Below, one piece after another: positions 31,058 through 41,838 of a DNA stretch of 64,000 nucleotides. The notes beneath the pieces are model-generated. The model worked only from the letters and a program-made list of their open reading frames with translations. It did not search any database and was not told the origin of the DNA. Source of the stretch: Cyanobacteria bacterium J06626_4 (GTDB lineage Bacteria; Cyanobacteriota; Cyanobacteriia; Phormidesmidales; Phormidesmidaceae); NCBI GenBank assembly GCA_038523235.1, contig JBCBJQ010000016.1, forward strand, positions 22,505 through 86,504. Reading direction: 5' to 3'. A program made the position numbers and the translations under genes. Each line of letters opens with the position of its first letter. Position 1 is the first letter of the stretch.

Positions 31058-33847
31058 CTAAGGCCATGTCGGCGACTGAGGTAGGGGATAGCGCTGCTGC
31101 AAAAAGGCGATCGCGCCGTGCTGATCGGTCACATCGCCATCCAGGGTAGCCGCTAATAATTCATTTAACAGGGTGCGATACTGCGATCCGGGCGGATAGC
31201 CTAACCGCTTCAAATCATGACCATCCAGCGGCGCTTTTACCTGTGACCACTGCATCAAATAGCGCCAGAGTGGCCGACTCGTCGATTGCGAATGGCGTAC
31301 CCCAACTAAAACTAAGGTGCCGAGATCGTAGTTTTGTAAAAGCTGCACGATTTGACTTGGGCGATCGCACGCCAACAAGCCCGTCAAGATATCGGCTTCC
31401 GCCTGCCCCAGCTGAGCCAACCGGGTGATCGCGGCCTGAGGCAGCTGCAGGCTCTGCGCCACCGCCCCGCGATCGACCGCAGGAATGGCCGCAATTAGCA
31501 ACTCTAAACGCATCTGATAGGGAAGTAGCGATGAAAAAAGTTCTACCCGCGATAGCCAGCGACTCAGGCGGCGCAGGTGACGCCACAGGCGATCGGTCAT
31601 CGTCAGCTGAGAATGCAGGCAAACGAGCGCCCCTAACCGATTGAGTAACGCCAGCGCCGGTTCCCAATAATCAGCTTCTAAGATGTACTTGAGTTCAGCC
31701 TTTAATCGCGTTTGCAGCGCCGGCAGTTGGGCCATCTCTGCTTGCAGCCGTTGGTACACGCCGCTGTCGATCGCATGGCGAATAAACCGTTCTGTTTGCG
31801 GATCAAGGTGAAAGTCGAGGCGAATAGCAAACCGTACGGCACGAAAAATGCGCGTGGGGTCTTCGATAAAACTATTGGCATGCAGGACGCGAATCTGTCG
31901 CTGCTGTAAATCAACCAACCCCCCGAAGAAGTCGAGTAACTGACCGCGATGGGGGGGCGTCAAACAAACGGCCAAGGCGTTAATGGTGAAGTCACGGCGA
32001 TACAGATCCTGACGGATCGAACTGGCTTCCACCTCGGGATTAGCCGCCGGGTAAGGATAAAACTCGGTGCGGGCGGTGGCAATATCGACCAACCGGCTGG
32101 AGGGATGGCCCCCTGAGCCGGCGTGCCACACCAGCGCCGCCGTCTGGAATTTGCCATAAACCTGCAGTTCGACCTCAGGATGCTGCGCCTTGATCGCCTC
32201 TGCCAGCACGACACCGGCCCCCATCTCGAGGGTTTGGTAGGCACTGTCAACCACCAGATCAACATCTTGCAGTCGCAGTGGGGTGGTCGGGGGCGTCAAA
32301 AACAAATCTCGCACCCCACCCCCGATCAAATAAAGCTGCCAGCCGTGATCGACCGCGACGGCAGCCATGACTTGCAGCATGGCCCATAGACTGGCATCAA
32401 GCCGCTGCTGTAGGGTTTGCCACAGCTGGGCCGCGGTGGGTGGCGTGGCGATGGCAGCGGCATTGAGAGCAAGGGCATGATCAGCGCTGGCAGCCGCGAT
32501 CGCAGTTTGCTGATCGTGATGTAAGCGGCGCAAAACATCGGTGCGGGTGACAATGCCAACGAGCTGACCAGAGGCCAGCACTGGCAACCGACCAATATCG
32601 TAGGTCACCATCAGGGCTTCAATCTCCGGCAGCGGTGTAGCGGGCGTAATCGTTCTGACCTGAGTGGTCATATAACCCTTTACCGGAGCATGGCCAAAGC
32701 CATGGTGCAGCGCCAGGTCGATGTCTCGGCGAGAAATCATGCCCACGAGTTGCCCCTGCTCATCCACCACTGACAGCCCAGAATGGCCGTAACGGAGCAA
32801 AAGGCGCTGGGCCGCCGTAATTAACGTCGTGGGCAGAATCGTGCGCACCGGTGACGACATCAGCTCCTGAGCACAAGGCACAGGGGGAATCTGTTGACGC
32901 AAGGTCGCTAAAACGGTCTGAAACGCTTGCTCCGGTGCCGAAGTTGAGACCGTCACCGCCGCCGCCGTCGGATGGCCGCCACCGCCCAGTGGGGCCAACA
33001 ACTGATGAAAATCGACCCCAGGACGATCGCCATGAGCGGCGGTGCGTCCCCGCGCTCGTCCAATCAAAATGAGTTTCTGAGCCGGTTCCTTCGCCGGAAA
33101 CCAGGCCCCAAACAATAGACTATCGACATCCATAAAGGTGATCAGCCGTTCGGCCAAGGCTGAGAGTCCGGGGACATATTGGGCCGTCTCCAACAACACC
33201 CACCCGAGCGTATGGCCGGGCTGCGCCTCCTGCTGAAAGCTAGCCACGGCAGTTTCGATCAGGGTCTGCAGGGGAGGCGATAGCGTCGGCTCCACAAATT
33301 CGGCGATCGCGCTTTGACTCGCACCCTGCTGCATCAGCCACGTCAAGGCCGCCGCATCTCTCGCGGTGGCTGAGGCAAAGGTCAGCGACCCCGTATCGAC
33401 ATGAATCCCTAAGGCCATCACCGTCGCTTCGGCCCCGGTCAGCGCCACAGACTGGGCCTGCAGTTGCTCGGCAATCAGCGTTGTAGCAGCACCGACGGGT
33501 TCCACGACGACCCGCGTTGCCGGCAGAGAGACTTCCTCAGAAGAGTGATGATCGTAGATCGAGATCGTTCCCCCCCGCGCGGCGACAGCGGTCAGCCAAG
33601 GCGCAATTGGCCCAAGGCGGTCAGCAGATTGTGTATCGACGACAGTCAGCGCCTCAACGGCATCGATATTGACGGCTCGCCGTTCGATTAGCTGATATTC
33701 GTCACGGTGCAGGGCCAGAAAGCTCTGTACTGTCGGGTGACAGCCGCCCGCCAGCACGATCCGCGTACCGGGGTGCAGCCGGGTAACGCCCACTGCGGCG
33801 CCCAGGGTATCAAAGTCAGCCGTCGTATGGCACAGCACCAAATTCAT
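31058..33847 (-). CDS. DHH-CBS-tRNA nucleotidyltransferase (A-adding type CCA enzyme)
   Basis: CHTTADFD, YDHH, GGGGH (DHH/DHHA1), two CBS domains, GGGVRD, DVDLVVD, DLYRRDFTINA, EDPTRIFRA. Confidence 0.9.
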   Translation of the reverse strand: MNLVLCHTTADFDTLGAAVGVTRLHPGTRIVLAGGCHPTVQSFLALHRDEYQLIERRAVNIDAVEALTVVDTQSADRLGPIAPWLTAVAARGGTISIYDHHSSEEVSLPATRVVVEPVGAATTLIAEQLQAQSVALTGAEATVMALGIHVDTGSLTFASATARDAAALTWLMQQGASQSAIAEFVEPTLSPPLQTLIETAVASFQQEAQPGHTLGWVLLETAQYVPGLSALAERLITFMDVDSLLFGAWFPAKEPAQKLILIGRARGRTAAHGDRPGVDFHQLLAPLGGGGHPTAAAVTVSTSAPEQAFQTVLATLRQQIPPVPCAQELMSSPVRTILPTTLITAAQRLLLRYGHSGLSVVDEQGQLVGMISRRDIDLALHHGFGHAPVKGYMTTQVRTITPATPLPEIEALMVTYDIGRLPVLASGQLVGIVTRTDVLRRLHHDQQTAIAAASADHALALNAAAIATPPTAAQLWQTLQQRLDASLWAMLQVMAAVAVDHGWQLYLIGGGVRDLFLTPPTTPLRLQDVDLVVDSAYQTLEMGAGVVLAEAIKAQHPEVELQVYGKFQTAALVWHAGSGGHPSSRLVDIATARTEFYPYPAANPEVEASSIRQDLYRRDFTINALAVCLTPPHRGQLLDFFGGLVDLQQRQIRVLHANSFIEDPTRIFRAVRFAIRLDFHLDPQTERFIRHAIDSGVYQRLQAEMAQLPALQTRLKAELKYILEADYWEPALALLNRLGALVCLHSQLTMTDRLWRHLRRLSRWLSRVELFSSLLPYQMRLELLIAAIPAVDRGAVAQSLQLPQAAITRLAQLGQAEADILTGLLACDRPSQIVQLLQNYDLGTLVLVGVRHSQSTSRPLWRYLMQWSQVKAPLDGHDLKRLGYPPGSQYRTLLNELLAATLDGDVTDQHGAIAFLQQRYPLPQSPTWP

Positions 33848-34094
33848 GGGCAGGGTCTCTGAGTCAAAATTCCGAGTTAACGCTCGGAGTATCTGGCGGG
33901 GCGATCGCCATTCACGAGCGAGCAACCCAGTCCTTAATGGCTAGCGTAGGCGCAAAACTTGGTACGTTGCTGACGATAAAGGCTTCCGTCGCACCCACAT
34001 TTCTGATAGCTTACTAATAATATTGCGGGAAATGAGCAGCCGTTCGGCTTGGACTTTCCTGCATCGCTGTGTTGAGAGAAGAGATTTTAGCAAA

Positions 34095-34283
34095 ATGGTA
34101 ATCATCTTCCAGCTAGCACTCCTTGCGCTGGTTCTTTTATCTTTCGTCATGGTTGTGGGGGTACCGGTCGCCTATGCGTCACCCCAAAACTGGGAACAGT
34201 CTAAGCGCCTAATCCTCCTGGGCTCCGTAGTCTGGGGTGTTTTGGTCGTCGTCGTCGGTGGTCTTAATTACCTCGTGGTGTAG
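34095..34283 (+). CDS. psbZ: photosystem II reaction centre protein Z
   Basis: 62-aa [27 protein letters not shown]. Confidence 0.95.
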   Translation: MVIIFQLALLALVLLSFVMVVGVPVAYASPQNWEQSKRLILLGSVVWGVLVVVVGGLNYLVV

Positions 34284-34304
34284 CCACTAAGGCGTTGAAT
34301 TTTC

Positions 34305-34877
34305 ATGGCAGTGTTTGAAGGAAATTTTCACCCAGGCAGTCCGCGTCGGTTTGCCCTGGTGATTGGTCGATTTAACGATCTGATTACAGAAAAGCTATTA
34401 GCAGGTTGCCAGGATTGCTTAAAGCGTCACGGGGTTGACGTCGACCCTCACGGCGACCAGGTTGATTATGCCTGGGTGCCAGGGAGCTTTGAGATTCCTA
34501 TGGTGGCGCGTCAATTAGCATTGACGGGCCGCTACAGCGCCATCATTTGCCTAGGCGCTGTCATCAAAGGGCAGACCCCCCATTTTGACTATGTGGCGGC
34601 GGAAGTTTCTAAGGGCATCGCGGCCGTCGGCTTTCAAACGGGGGTGCCGATTGTTTTTGGGGTGTTAACGACTGACACCTTGCAGCAAGCGTTAGAGCGG
34701 GCAGGCATCAAAAGCAATCTGGGCTGGAACTACGCCATGAGCGCCCTGGAAATGTCGAGCCTGATGGGTCAGATTCAGGCCTTACCGCAGGAAAACCAGG
34801 GGAGTTTGGTCGGCACCGTCTCTCCCAGCCTGCCATCAGCAGCCGTCGCTCCGGTTCAATCAACCTCCGGCACCTAG
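34305..34877 (+). CDS. ribH: 6,7-dimethyl-8-ribityllumazine synthase
   Basis: [33 protein letters not shown]. Confidence 0.96.
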   Translation: MAVFEGNFHPGSPRRFALVIGRFNDLITEKLLAGCQDCLKRHGVDVDPHGDQVDYAWVPGSFEIPMVARQLALTGRYSAIICLGAVIKGQTPHFDYVAAEVSKGIAAVGFQTGVPIVFGVLTTDTLQQALERAGIKSNLGWNYAMSALEMSSLMGQIQALPQENQGSLVGTVSPSLPSAAVAPVQSTSGT

Positions 34878-34921
34878 GCCTATTCTTCGCCCTGGCGGGC
34901 AAAGAATTAGGCTGTCAAATG

Positions 34922-34950
34922 TTGACAACTGCATCACCGTTTGAGATATT
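34922..34950 (+). promoter_or_regulatory. sigma70-type promoter for the tRNA
   Basis: TTGACA-17 nt-GATATT, with TG at the extended -10 position. Confidence 0.55.
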
Positions 34951-34976
34951 GGTTAAACGTCTGAAATTTTAGATTT

Positions 34977-35048
34977 GCGGGTATAGCTCAGTGGTAGAGC
35001 GTCACCTTGCCAAGGTGAATGTCGCGCGTTCGAATCGCGTTACCCGCT
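34977..35048 (+). tRNA. trnG: tRNA-Gly (GCC); CCA not encoded
   Basis: GCGGGTA acceptor stem, D-arm GCTCAGTGGTAGAGC, anticodon loop TTGCCAA, T-arm GTTCGAATC, TACCCGC-T. Confidence 0.97.
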
Positions 35049-35893
35049 TTTTTTACTCCTCAATCAATTGCGCCCTTCATCTTATCAATATTTTTTGAAG
35101 GCCCGATATCCGTATATTCACTGTCAGTGAGCATTTACACTAGCCGTGTCCTTTTCAAGCAGTGCTTGCTGGCCTACGACAATTGGGCTCTTGGGTTCGT
35201 GCGCATTGAGAAAAGTTGACTCCAGCGATCGCATCTAAGGCTTCAACTGGCAGCCAATGATGGAGCGACCGTTGATGACAATCGCTCTGTACTCTCGCGG
35301 ATGAAAAAGAAATACTGGGCACATTGGCGCTGGCCCAACCGTCTTTGTCATGTAAGGCGATCGCCGGCCCCCACATCAACGCTATTGAGGCTGAACCATG
35401 GTCGAACTCATCCGGCAGCGCAGCCCAACCCCAATCAAATAGCCATCAGACCCAGACTTAATCTTTATTTCACAAATTAACTCAACAACATAAGCTGATT
35501 AAGTATTTTTGTCGAGACCATTGGTTGCATTTATGACTCAACATATAAAATCTACTTCGAATCTTTAAACTGATTTTCAGTTTAAAAAGATTTCATGAAC
35601 TTGTCAGGACGGAGATTGGCATTTCAGGCGAAAACTCCGAATAATCACTTACATCAGGCTAGGCGAGTAGCTTGTCTTTGCGAACTGTTTTCGTAATTCA
35701 GAGACAAGGTTGTCCAGCATATTGATCTACGAGGGTTTGGGTCTATGCCGCTAGGGATGTCTTCGCCGATGCCACCGAAGTGAATCTTTGAGCTTGGTTT
35801 TCTACCAAGCACCTTGATGGGTGGATAAAGATTTTTGGCCGATCTTTCGCGGGGCTGCTGTCAAGAAAATGCGGGTTTTTGGAGATTGAATCA

Positions 35894-36340
35894 ATGAAGC
35901 TAATGCTGGTATGCACCTCTGGCGGTCACTTTTCGACAATGCGAAGTCTTAAAAGCTTCTGGGAACTCCACGAAAGAGTGTGGGTGACTGATCGCAAGAA
36001 AGATACCGAGAGCCTCATGGGTGATGAGGAAGTCTTCTGGATGCCTTACCAGGCTCCTCGTAACGTTGTGACGCTGCTATTGAACCTACCGCGGATTTTC
36101 TATCTGTTGCTGCAGCAGAAGCCAGACATGGTCGTCTCCACTGGGGCCAGCATCGCAATTGGTACGGCAATGCTGGCTAAATTGTTGGGCATCAAGTTTG
36201 TCTTCATCGAAAGCATTTCGCGATCGCAAGAACTCAGCCTCTCTGGCAAGATCGTCTATCGCGTATCCGATGAGTTTTACGTGCAGTGGCCAACGCTAGC
36301 CGAAAAGTATCCCAAAGCCCTATATCGGGGATACGTCTGA
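35894..36340 (+). CDS. PssD/Cps14F (Alg14-like) glycosyltransferase subunit
   Basis: LVCTSGGH, PDMVVSTGA, FIES, FYVQWP. Confidence 0.88.
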   Translation: MKLMLVCTSGGHFSTMRSLKSFWELHERVWVTDRKKDTESLMGDEEVFWMPYQAPRNVVTLLLNLPRIFYLLLQQKPDMVVSTGASIAIGTAMLAKLLGIKFVFIESISRSQELSLSGKIVYRVSDEFYVQWPTLAEKYPKALYRGYV

Positions 36341-36421
36341 AGCGGGCAGAAGCAAACTGCGTGCTTGTGAATAATTTTGTGAGTGCCGTTATAAATAATT
36401 TCCCGAAGGATAAAAGCCTCC

Positions 36422-37021
36422 ATGATTACTGTGACTTTAGGAACGATTTCGTTTCCCTTTGACCGCGTGGTGCAATGGCTAGAGCAGCTGTTAGACGAAA
36501 AAGTGTTAAACGAGGCGATCGTATTTCAGCATGGCGCAACCAACCCAGGCGTCGTGTCCCGACATCCTTTAGTGAGAGCCACGCCGTTCTTGGAGTTTGA
36601 ACGTCTAGAGAGCCTGAGCAAACAATCTAACTTAGTCATTTCCCATGCTGGGCAAGGGTCTACTCGCGGTCTAGCAGCCAAGAAGGTACCGTTTGTCGTG
36701 ATTCCTCGATTGGCCAGCTACGGCGAGCATGTGGATGATCACCAGCTCTTGTTTGCCCAAAGCGTTCGCCCCCTGGGGGTGCAGTATTGCTCTAGCTATG
36801 AGGAAATCAAGAACTCCATCCTCAACCCCCCTCCGGCTTTTCGAGGGCCGCTCTTGCAGGGGCCTCGGCTAGTCGAATACTTAATGGAGCGATACCAAGC
36901 AAGTGAGGCCGACAGCCGCCAAATCGCTCAGCGTATTGAGGCTGAGGAACTGGATCAAGCGCCTGTGGCTGAAGCTCCCAGCCGGCTAGCTGAGCAGCCA
37001 TTGACCGTTTCTCAAAACTAA
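36422..37021 (+). CDS. PssE/Cps14G (Alg13-like, GT28 C-terminal) glycosyltransferase subunit
   Basis: ITVTLGT..FPFDR, VISHAGQGS, PR...GEHVDDHQ. Confidence 0.88.
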   Translation: MITVTLGTISFPFDRVVQWLEQLLDEKVLNEAIVFQHGATNPGVVSRHPLVRATPFLEFERLESLSKQSNLVISHAGQGSTRGLAAKKVPFVVIPRLASYGEHVDDHQLLFAQSVRPLGVQYCSSYEEIKNSILNPPPAFRGPLLQGPRLVEYLMERYQASEADSRQIAQRIEAEELDQAPVAEAPSRLAEQPLTVSQN

Positions 37022-37214
37022 GTTATCGATAGCTATCTGAAACACCCTACGGTGCCAAGAGTATGCCAAAAAATAACTTGCCGAAGACTCGATCTCTGTG
37101 GAAAATTGCCGCCGACGATTGCCCATTTCCCAGAGAGCAGATTCTTCAGGTGAGATATTTTGATTTTGGATTACTTTCAGGGCTGGCATCAGGACGGCCC
37201 CGTTGGCAGAGTTC

Positions 37215-37255
37215 AGGAATCGAGTGCTGACCTTAATGCTCAGCACTCGATTCCT
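37215..37255. terminator. perfect 16-bp inverted repeat (probable terminator hairpin)
   Basis: AGGAATCGAGTGCTGA-9 nt-TCAGCACTCGATTCCT followed by TTT. Confidence 0.6.
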
Positions 37256-37363
37256 TTTGACCTCAGTGATCATGTGCTTGATGACCTGGGCTTTAAGGTG
37301 TCCATAACCAAAGCCATCAGGCTGGTTACTCGGTTGAGATTCTCCGACCAGTTCTGCAGGTGA

Positions 37364-38122
37364 CTAAATTACTTGCTGCTGCATCTCGACGACTTGTTGA
37401 ATTTGATTACGGCTAAACCCGGCGCGGGTGAGATAGTCCAAGTGCCCCGCCTGATAGTAACGGGCGTCTAGCTGTAGCACTTGACTGTAAGCAGCGCGCG
37501 CGGCGATCTCATCTTGATTGCTCCAGTGGGCCAGGGCCAAGGCAACCCAGGGGTGAGGATTATAGGGCTCTAACTCAGTCGCCCGGTTAGCATGACGAAT
37601 GGCCGCATCGACATCTGGCAGTCGCTGATAGGCCAAGCTGAGATTGTAGTAGGCAATTTCGTTCTCAGGGTTGAGCGTTTTGGCTTGGGTGTGGGTGGCG
37701 ATCGCCGCGTCGATATCGCCATTGACCAAATAGGCAATGCCTAACGCGTTCAAGGCCGGAATGTACTCAGCATCTAGTTCTATCGCTCGATTGAGCACTG
37801 CGATCGCCTCGTCTCGCTCGCCAGCGAGATGTTGCGTCCAACCCAGCAAGACGTAGCCCGAAACTGTCCTGGGGGCCAAGGCAACGGCAGTTTTCAAAGC
37901 GGCGATCGCGGTCGCAAAATCGTCAGCCTGGCGCGCGGTAAGTCCGGCTTGACGATACCCTTCGGCGGCTTTCAAATCTTCTAAAAAGAGTGGATACGGG
38001 AGTGTGGTGAAGAGAGTATCCGGGATTAGAACGGACTGCAGCGGTACCAGCGGCTCGGGTGTGGCGCAACTGATCATGCTGCTACAAGCGATAAAGACGA
38101 ACGGCAGAACACCTCGATTCAT
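37364..38122 (-). CDS. TPR-repeat protein, possible lipoprotein
   Basis: Signal-like N-terminus with Cys; repeated TPR units (LG.....G....A...L..A..L.P). Confidence 0.85.
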   Translation of the reverse strand: MNRGVLPFVFIACSSMISCATPEPLVPLQSVLIPDTLFTTLPYPLFLEDLKAAEGYRQAGLTARQADDFATAIAALKTAVALAPRTVSGYVLLGWTQHLAGERDEAIAVLNRAIELDAEYIPALNALGIAYLVNGDIDAAIATHTQAKTLNPENEIAYYNLSLAYQRLPDVDAAIRHANRATELEPYNPHPWVALALAHWSNQDEIAARAAYSQVLQLDARYYQAGHLDYLTRAGFSRNQIQQVVEMQQQVI

Positions 38123-38412
38123 AGCGCTAATTCTTCTCTCAACTGTTAGCAATTAGCCTGGATTTCTTTATTTCTAACGATAAGAAGAAGTGCTCTGGCT
38201 AAAGTTGTGCCTACTTCATTGATAGTTCTTCTCAGCGTCGTTCTTTTCAAGTTTTCAGGCGTCACCTTTACCGTGAACTAAATATCACGCTTTAAAGAGG
38301 TCAAACGACTGGTCGCTGCCTGGTTTATGGGAACATGATATATTCTATGTGTTTTGTGAGATGGTCGAGTCTGTCTTCACAAGCAAGTCCGCACCTCAGA
38401 GGACGAGAGTCT

Positions 38413-39018
38413 ATGAATAGTTCTGCAGCAGGCTGTCTCCGTGTGGGCCAATCAGCCCCTGATTTCATCGCTACCGCTGTCGTTGATCAAGAGTTTAAGA
38501 CGATCAAGCTCTCTGACTATCGCGGTAAATACGTAGTTCTTTTCTTTTATCCTCTAGATTTCACGTTTGTTTGTCCAACTGAAATCGCGGCTTTCAGCGA
38601 TCGCTATCCTGAATTTGATGACCTCAATACAGAGATTCTAGGAATTTCTGTTGACAGCGAATTTTCTCACCTGGCGTGGATTCAAACTGAACGGACTCAG
38701 GGGGGCGTTGGTGATTTGAACTATCCGCTCGTTTCTGATCTAAAAAAAGAAATTAGTGCTGCTTACAATGTGCTCGATCCCGATGCAGGAGTAGCACTAC
38801 GAGGGTTATTCATTATTGATAAAGAGGGCGTCATTCAACACGCAACTGTCAATAATCTCTCCTTTGGCCGCAACGTTGAAGAGACATTGCGAGTGCTGCA
38901 GGCCATTCGGCATGTCCAAACGCATCCTGATGAGGTGTGTCCGGCTGGTTGGAAACCCGGCGAAAAGACCATGAATCCTGACCCCGTGAAATCTAAGGAG
39001 TTCTTTGCCGCTGTTTAA
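38413..39018 (+). CDS. 2-Cys peroxiredoxin (AhpC/TSA)
   Basis: [14 protein letters not shown] and EVCPAGW; ATG at 38413. Confidence 0.95.
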   Translation: MNSSAAGCLRVGQSAPDFIATAVVDQEFKTIKLSDYRGKYVVLFFYPLDFTFVCPTEIAAFSDRYPEFDDLNTEILGISVDSEFSHLAWIQTERTQGGVGDLNYPLVSDLKKEISAAYNVLDPDAGVALRGLFIIDKEGVIQHATVNNLSFGRNVEETLRVLQAIRHVQTHPDEVCPAGWKPGEKTMNPDPVKSKEFFAAV

Positions 39019-39091
39019 CCGTATTGGCAGGTACCCCAAATATCACCGCGGCCAGTCTACGAGCTTAGTGATCGCCCTGACGACTCTTCCT

Positions 39092-39664
39092 ATGACCAGT
39101 CTTTCCTCCTCTGCTGAGCTTCAATCCAAATTAGTGAATGGGCGCTTTTGGCGTCATTTTTTACCGCTCCCAGCAACCAACTGCTTAGCCTTGGGCGATC
39201 GCGCCCCCGATTTCACGTTGACTGAAGTCGCGACTCGTCAGCCCTATCGGCTGTCACAACATTGGGGCGAGCGGCCTGTGGTGTTGGCGTTTACCCGCAT
39301 TTTCACAGAGCGCCATTATTGTCCCCTCTGTTTTCCCCACTTGGTGGCGCTCAGCGCCGCCGCTGAAAAGTTTCGGGCGGCTGGTAGCCAGCTAATTTTG
39401 GTCACAAGTACTGACTTGGCACAAAGCCAAGTGGTCAAAACAGAACTAAATTTGCAAGCGCCGCTGCTCAGCGACCCACTGGGTAAAGTCTTTCGGCAGT
39501 ATGGTACGGGGCAAGCTTTGGGCGCGCCACTGCCCGCTCAGTTTTTGTTGGATAAATATGGCCGGATTCGTTTCTGGCATCACTTTTCGTTTTTGGACTA
39601 CAACGCTGAGCCCCTGAAGCTGCTGTACCAACTGGCGACACTAGCAGCTGATGACTCAGGCTAG
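39092..39664 (+). CDS. peroxiredoxin-like (AhpC/TSA, CxxC) protein
   Basis: GDRAPDFTL, YCPLCFPH, PAQFLLDK. Confidence 0.8.
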   Translation: MTSLSSSAELQSKLVNGRFWRHFLPLPATNCLALGDRAPDFTLTEVATRQPYRLSQHWGERPVVLAFTRIFTERHYCPLCFPHLVALSAAAEKFRAAGSQLILVTSTDLAQSQVVKTELNLQAPLLSDPLGKVFRQYGTGQALGAPLPAQFLLDKYGRIRFWHHFSFLDYNAEPLKLLYQLATLAADDSG

Positions 39665-39810
39665 TGCAGTTGCCGATGGTGAACCGATCGCACTATGAGG
39701 AGTCGTAACAAACGGTAGAGAAGCCGAGCAAAATTTGGCACTATCAAAGTCAAGATGCCCCAGCATCCGACCACTGTTTTTTTGAAGTAAGCTGAGTCTC
39801 GATTACTGCC

Positions 39811-40149
39811 ATGGCAGAGCCTGTTGAACCCATCATTCTGCCGCCAGCAGAAAATCCTGAACAAGAGGGCCAGTGGCTAAATGCCTCGCTGCATCGCTGG
39901 TTAAATACCGAGTTTCCGCCCGAAGAAGTCAATACGGAGATTGCCGAGCGAGCCGCCCAAGTCTTTGTGCGACAACGCATGGAGGGCGAGAACGATTTAG
40001 GGGCGCTCGTCTTAGCGATTCTCACAGAAATGCAGGGCTTTGACTTCTCCAAAAGTTTCTACGGCGAGTTTGCGATCGCCAATGCCGTTAGTGATCTGCT
40101 GTTAGACAGTTTGGGCATCGATCACTGTTGTGGGGCAGACGCGGGTTAA
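39811..40149 (+). CDS. conserved cyanobacterial hypothetical protein
   Basis: WL..EF.PE, RQRMEGENDLG, FYGEFAIANAVSDLL. Confidence 0.75.
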   Translation: MAEPVEPIILPPAENPEQEGQWLNASLHRWLNTEFPPEEVNTEIAERAAQVFVRQRMEGENDLGALVLAILTEMQGFDFSKSFYGEFAIANAVSDLLLDSLGIDHCCGADAG

Positions 40150-40317
40150 CGCCCTCAATTTTCCACACCGTTGCGGACAGACCAGATCAAACGGCCTCTG
40201 ACAGTCCAAGATTGTCGCTCAGATAATCTTGGGTTCCCCCTCTCGGCTATGGCCAATTGTCACGGCGGCCACCTTCGCTGATAATGCGCTGTAGTCACTC
40301 AAACAAACCAGATAATT

Positions 40318-41040
40318 ATGGTGCGCTGGCTCCAAAAACTGTTGCGAGTCGGGTTGGTGCTAATGGTGCTGCTGCTAACGGGCTGTTTGCAATATGACCT
40401 AGAGTTGCAATTTGACAGTCAAACCCACGGGCAACTTGTGCAACAACTGCGCTGGCGGGGTGGCGCGATCGCGGCAAACGACGAGTTGCAGCAGTGGTTG
40501 GCTGTACTGAGTGAGCGCACCCAGCAGGTGGGCGGTCGCACCCGGTGGCTGAGCGACAATGCCTTTGAAATTGTGATTCCCTTTAGCAATGGTCGGGCGC
40601 TAGAGACTAAGTTCAATCAGTTTTTCAACCCCAACGACACCACCACTTTCACCCTGCCAGCAGGTGAACCGATCCGGGCGGAACTGACTCTGCAACAGGG
40701 CAACCGGTTTGTGGCAATTGATAACCACCTCAAACTGCGAATTGATCTCACGGCAGTGCCAGACCTGGCCGCGACAGGACTACCTCTCCTGCAGAGACAA
40801 CAGCTACTGGCAGGACAGGTGACGCTGCTGGCGCCCTGGGTGCGTTGGCAAAGCCTCTCCCCCGGAGAATCGCCCGCAGGTGCATTCACTCCCCAAGAGA
40901 CTTGGTCACTGGTGCCTGGCGAAGTGAATGAGCTGGAGGCCGAGTTTTGGGTACCGAGTCCCATCGGCATCGCAGCCATCATTATTCTGGTATTCGTGCT
41001 GCTGGGCTACGGCGTGAAATATGGCCTCGCCTCGCGATGA
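40318..41040 (+). CDS. DUF3153-family lipoprotein
   Basis: LLTGC lipobox, FDSQTHG, C-terminal WVPSPIGI plus TM helix. Confidence 0.8.
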   Translation: MVRWLQKLLRVGLVLMVLLLTGCLQYDLELQFDSQTHGQLVQQLRWRGGAIAANDELQQWLAVLSERTQQVGGRTRWLSDNAFEIVIPFSNGRALETKFNQFFNPNDTTTFTLPAGEPIRAELTLQQGNRFVAIDNHLKLRIDLTAVPDLAATGLPLLQRQQLLAGQVTLLAPWVRWQSLSPGESPAGAFTPQETWSLVPGEVNELEAEFWVPSPIGIAAIIILVFVLLGYGVKYGLASR

Positions 41041-41211
41041 TCCTCATTTTCCAGAAATTTGACAGCTGCCATTTCCCCAGCCCTTCAGCACCCTTATTCT
41101 CTAGGCTCACCCGCCTGCGCTCTAGCTTGCCATTTTGCCCTGTCCCACTCTTCTCCTTCAGACTTCCTATACTCTTACTACAGCTGTTCACCAAGATTCA
41201 GAGGTTGGTTT

Positions 41212-41646
41212 ATGCGATTGCTACACACGATGCTGCGAGTCGGTGATTTGGAAGCGTCTAAGAAGTTTTACTGCGACATCCTCGGCATGCAGCTATTGCG
41301 CCAAAAAGACTATCCCGGCGGCAAGTTTACCCTGGCATTTGTGGGCTATGGCCATGAGTCTGACCACAGCGTGCTAGAACTCACCTACAACTGGGAGACC
41401 AACAACTATGACCTGGGCGACGGCTATGGTCATATTGCTTTGGGCGTGGATGATATCTACGGCACTTGTGAAGCCATCAAAGCTCAAGGGGGCAACGTAG
41501 TGCGTGAACCCGGCCCAATGAAACACGGTTCAACCGTCATTGCCTTTGTGCAAGACCCCGATGGCTATAAGGTGGAGCTAATTCAGCTCAAAACTCACAG
41601 CTCTACCCAGACTGTAAATCAGGCCGCAGCTCAAGCGGTTGGTTAG
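41212..41646 (+). CDS. gloA: lactoylglutathione lyase (glyoxalase I)
   Basis: [39 protein letters not shown]. Confidence 0.96.
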   Translation: MRLLHTMLRVGDLEASKKFYCDILGMQLLRQKDYPGGKFTLAFVGYGHESDHSVLELTYNWETNNYDLGDGYGHIALGVDDIYGTCEAIKAQGGNVVREPGPMKHGSTVIAFVQDPDGYKVELIQLKTHSSTQTVNQAAAQAVG

Positions 41647-41838
41647 GAACGTCGGACTGTTTCAATCACGGGGCATAGAGCTAGCAAAACGCCGAACTCA
41701 GTCTCTTACTGAGTTGCTGGAGCCTGCGTAAAGGTACTTTTTCTCCAGGTGCTGTGCTTACCAAAGGTAGCTGTGCTTAATTGATGATGCGTTCTGACGA
41801 TGAAGTTAACGCCCAAAAAGTTGCTTAAGTCCTAAACA

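Noticed and set aside
35049..35893. Integrative element at tRNA-Gly
   Set aside because: No integrase, no duplicated tRNA 3' end found, and HIP1 sites are present
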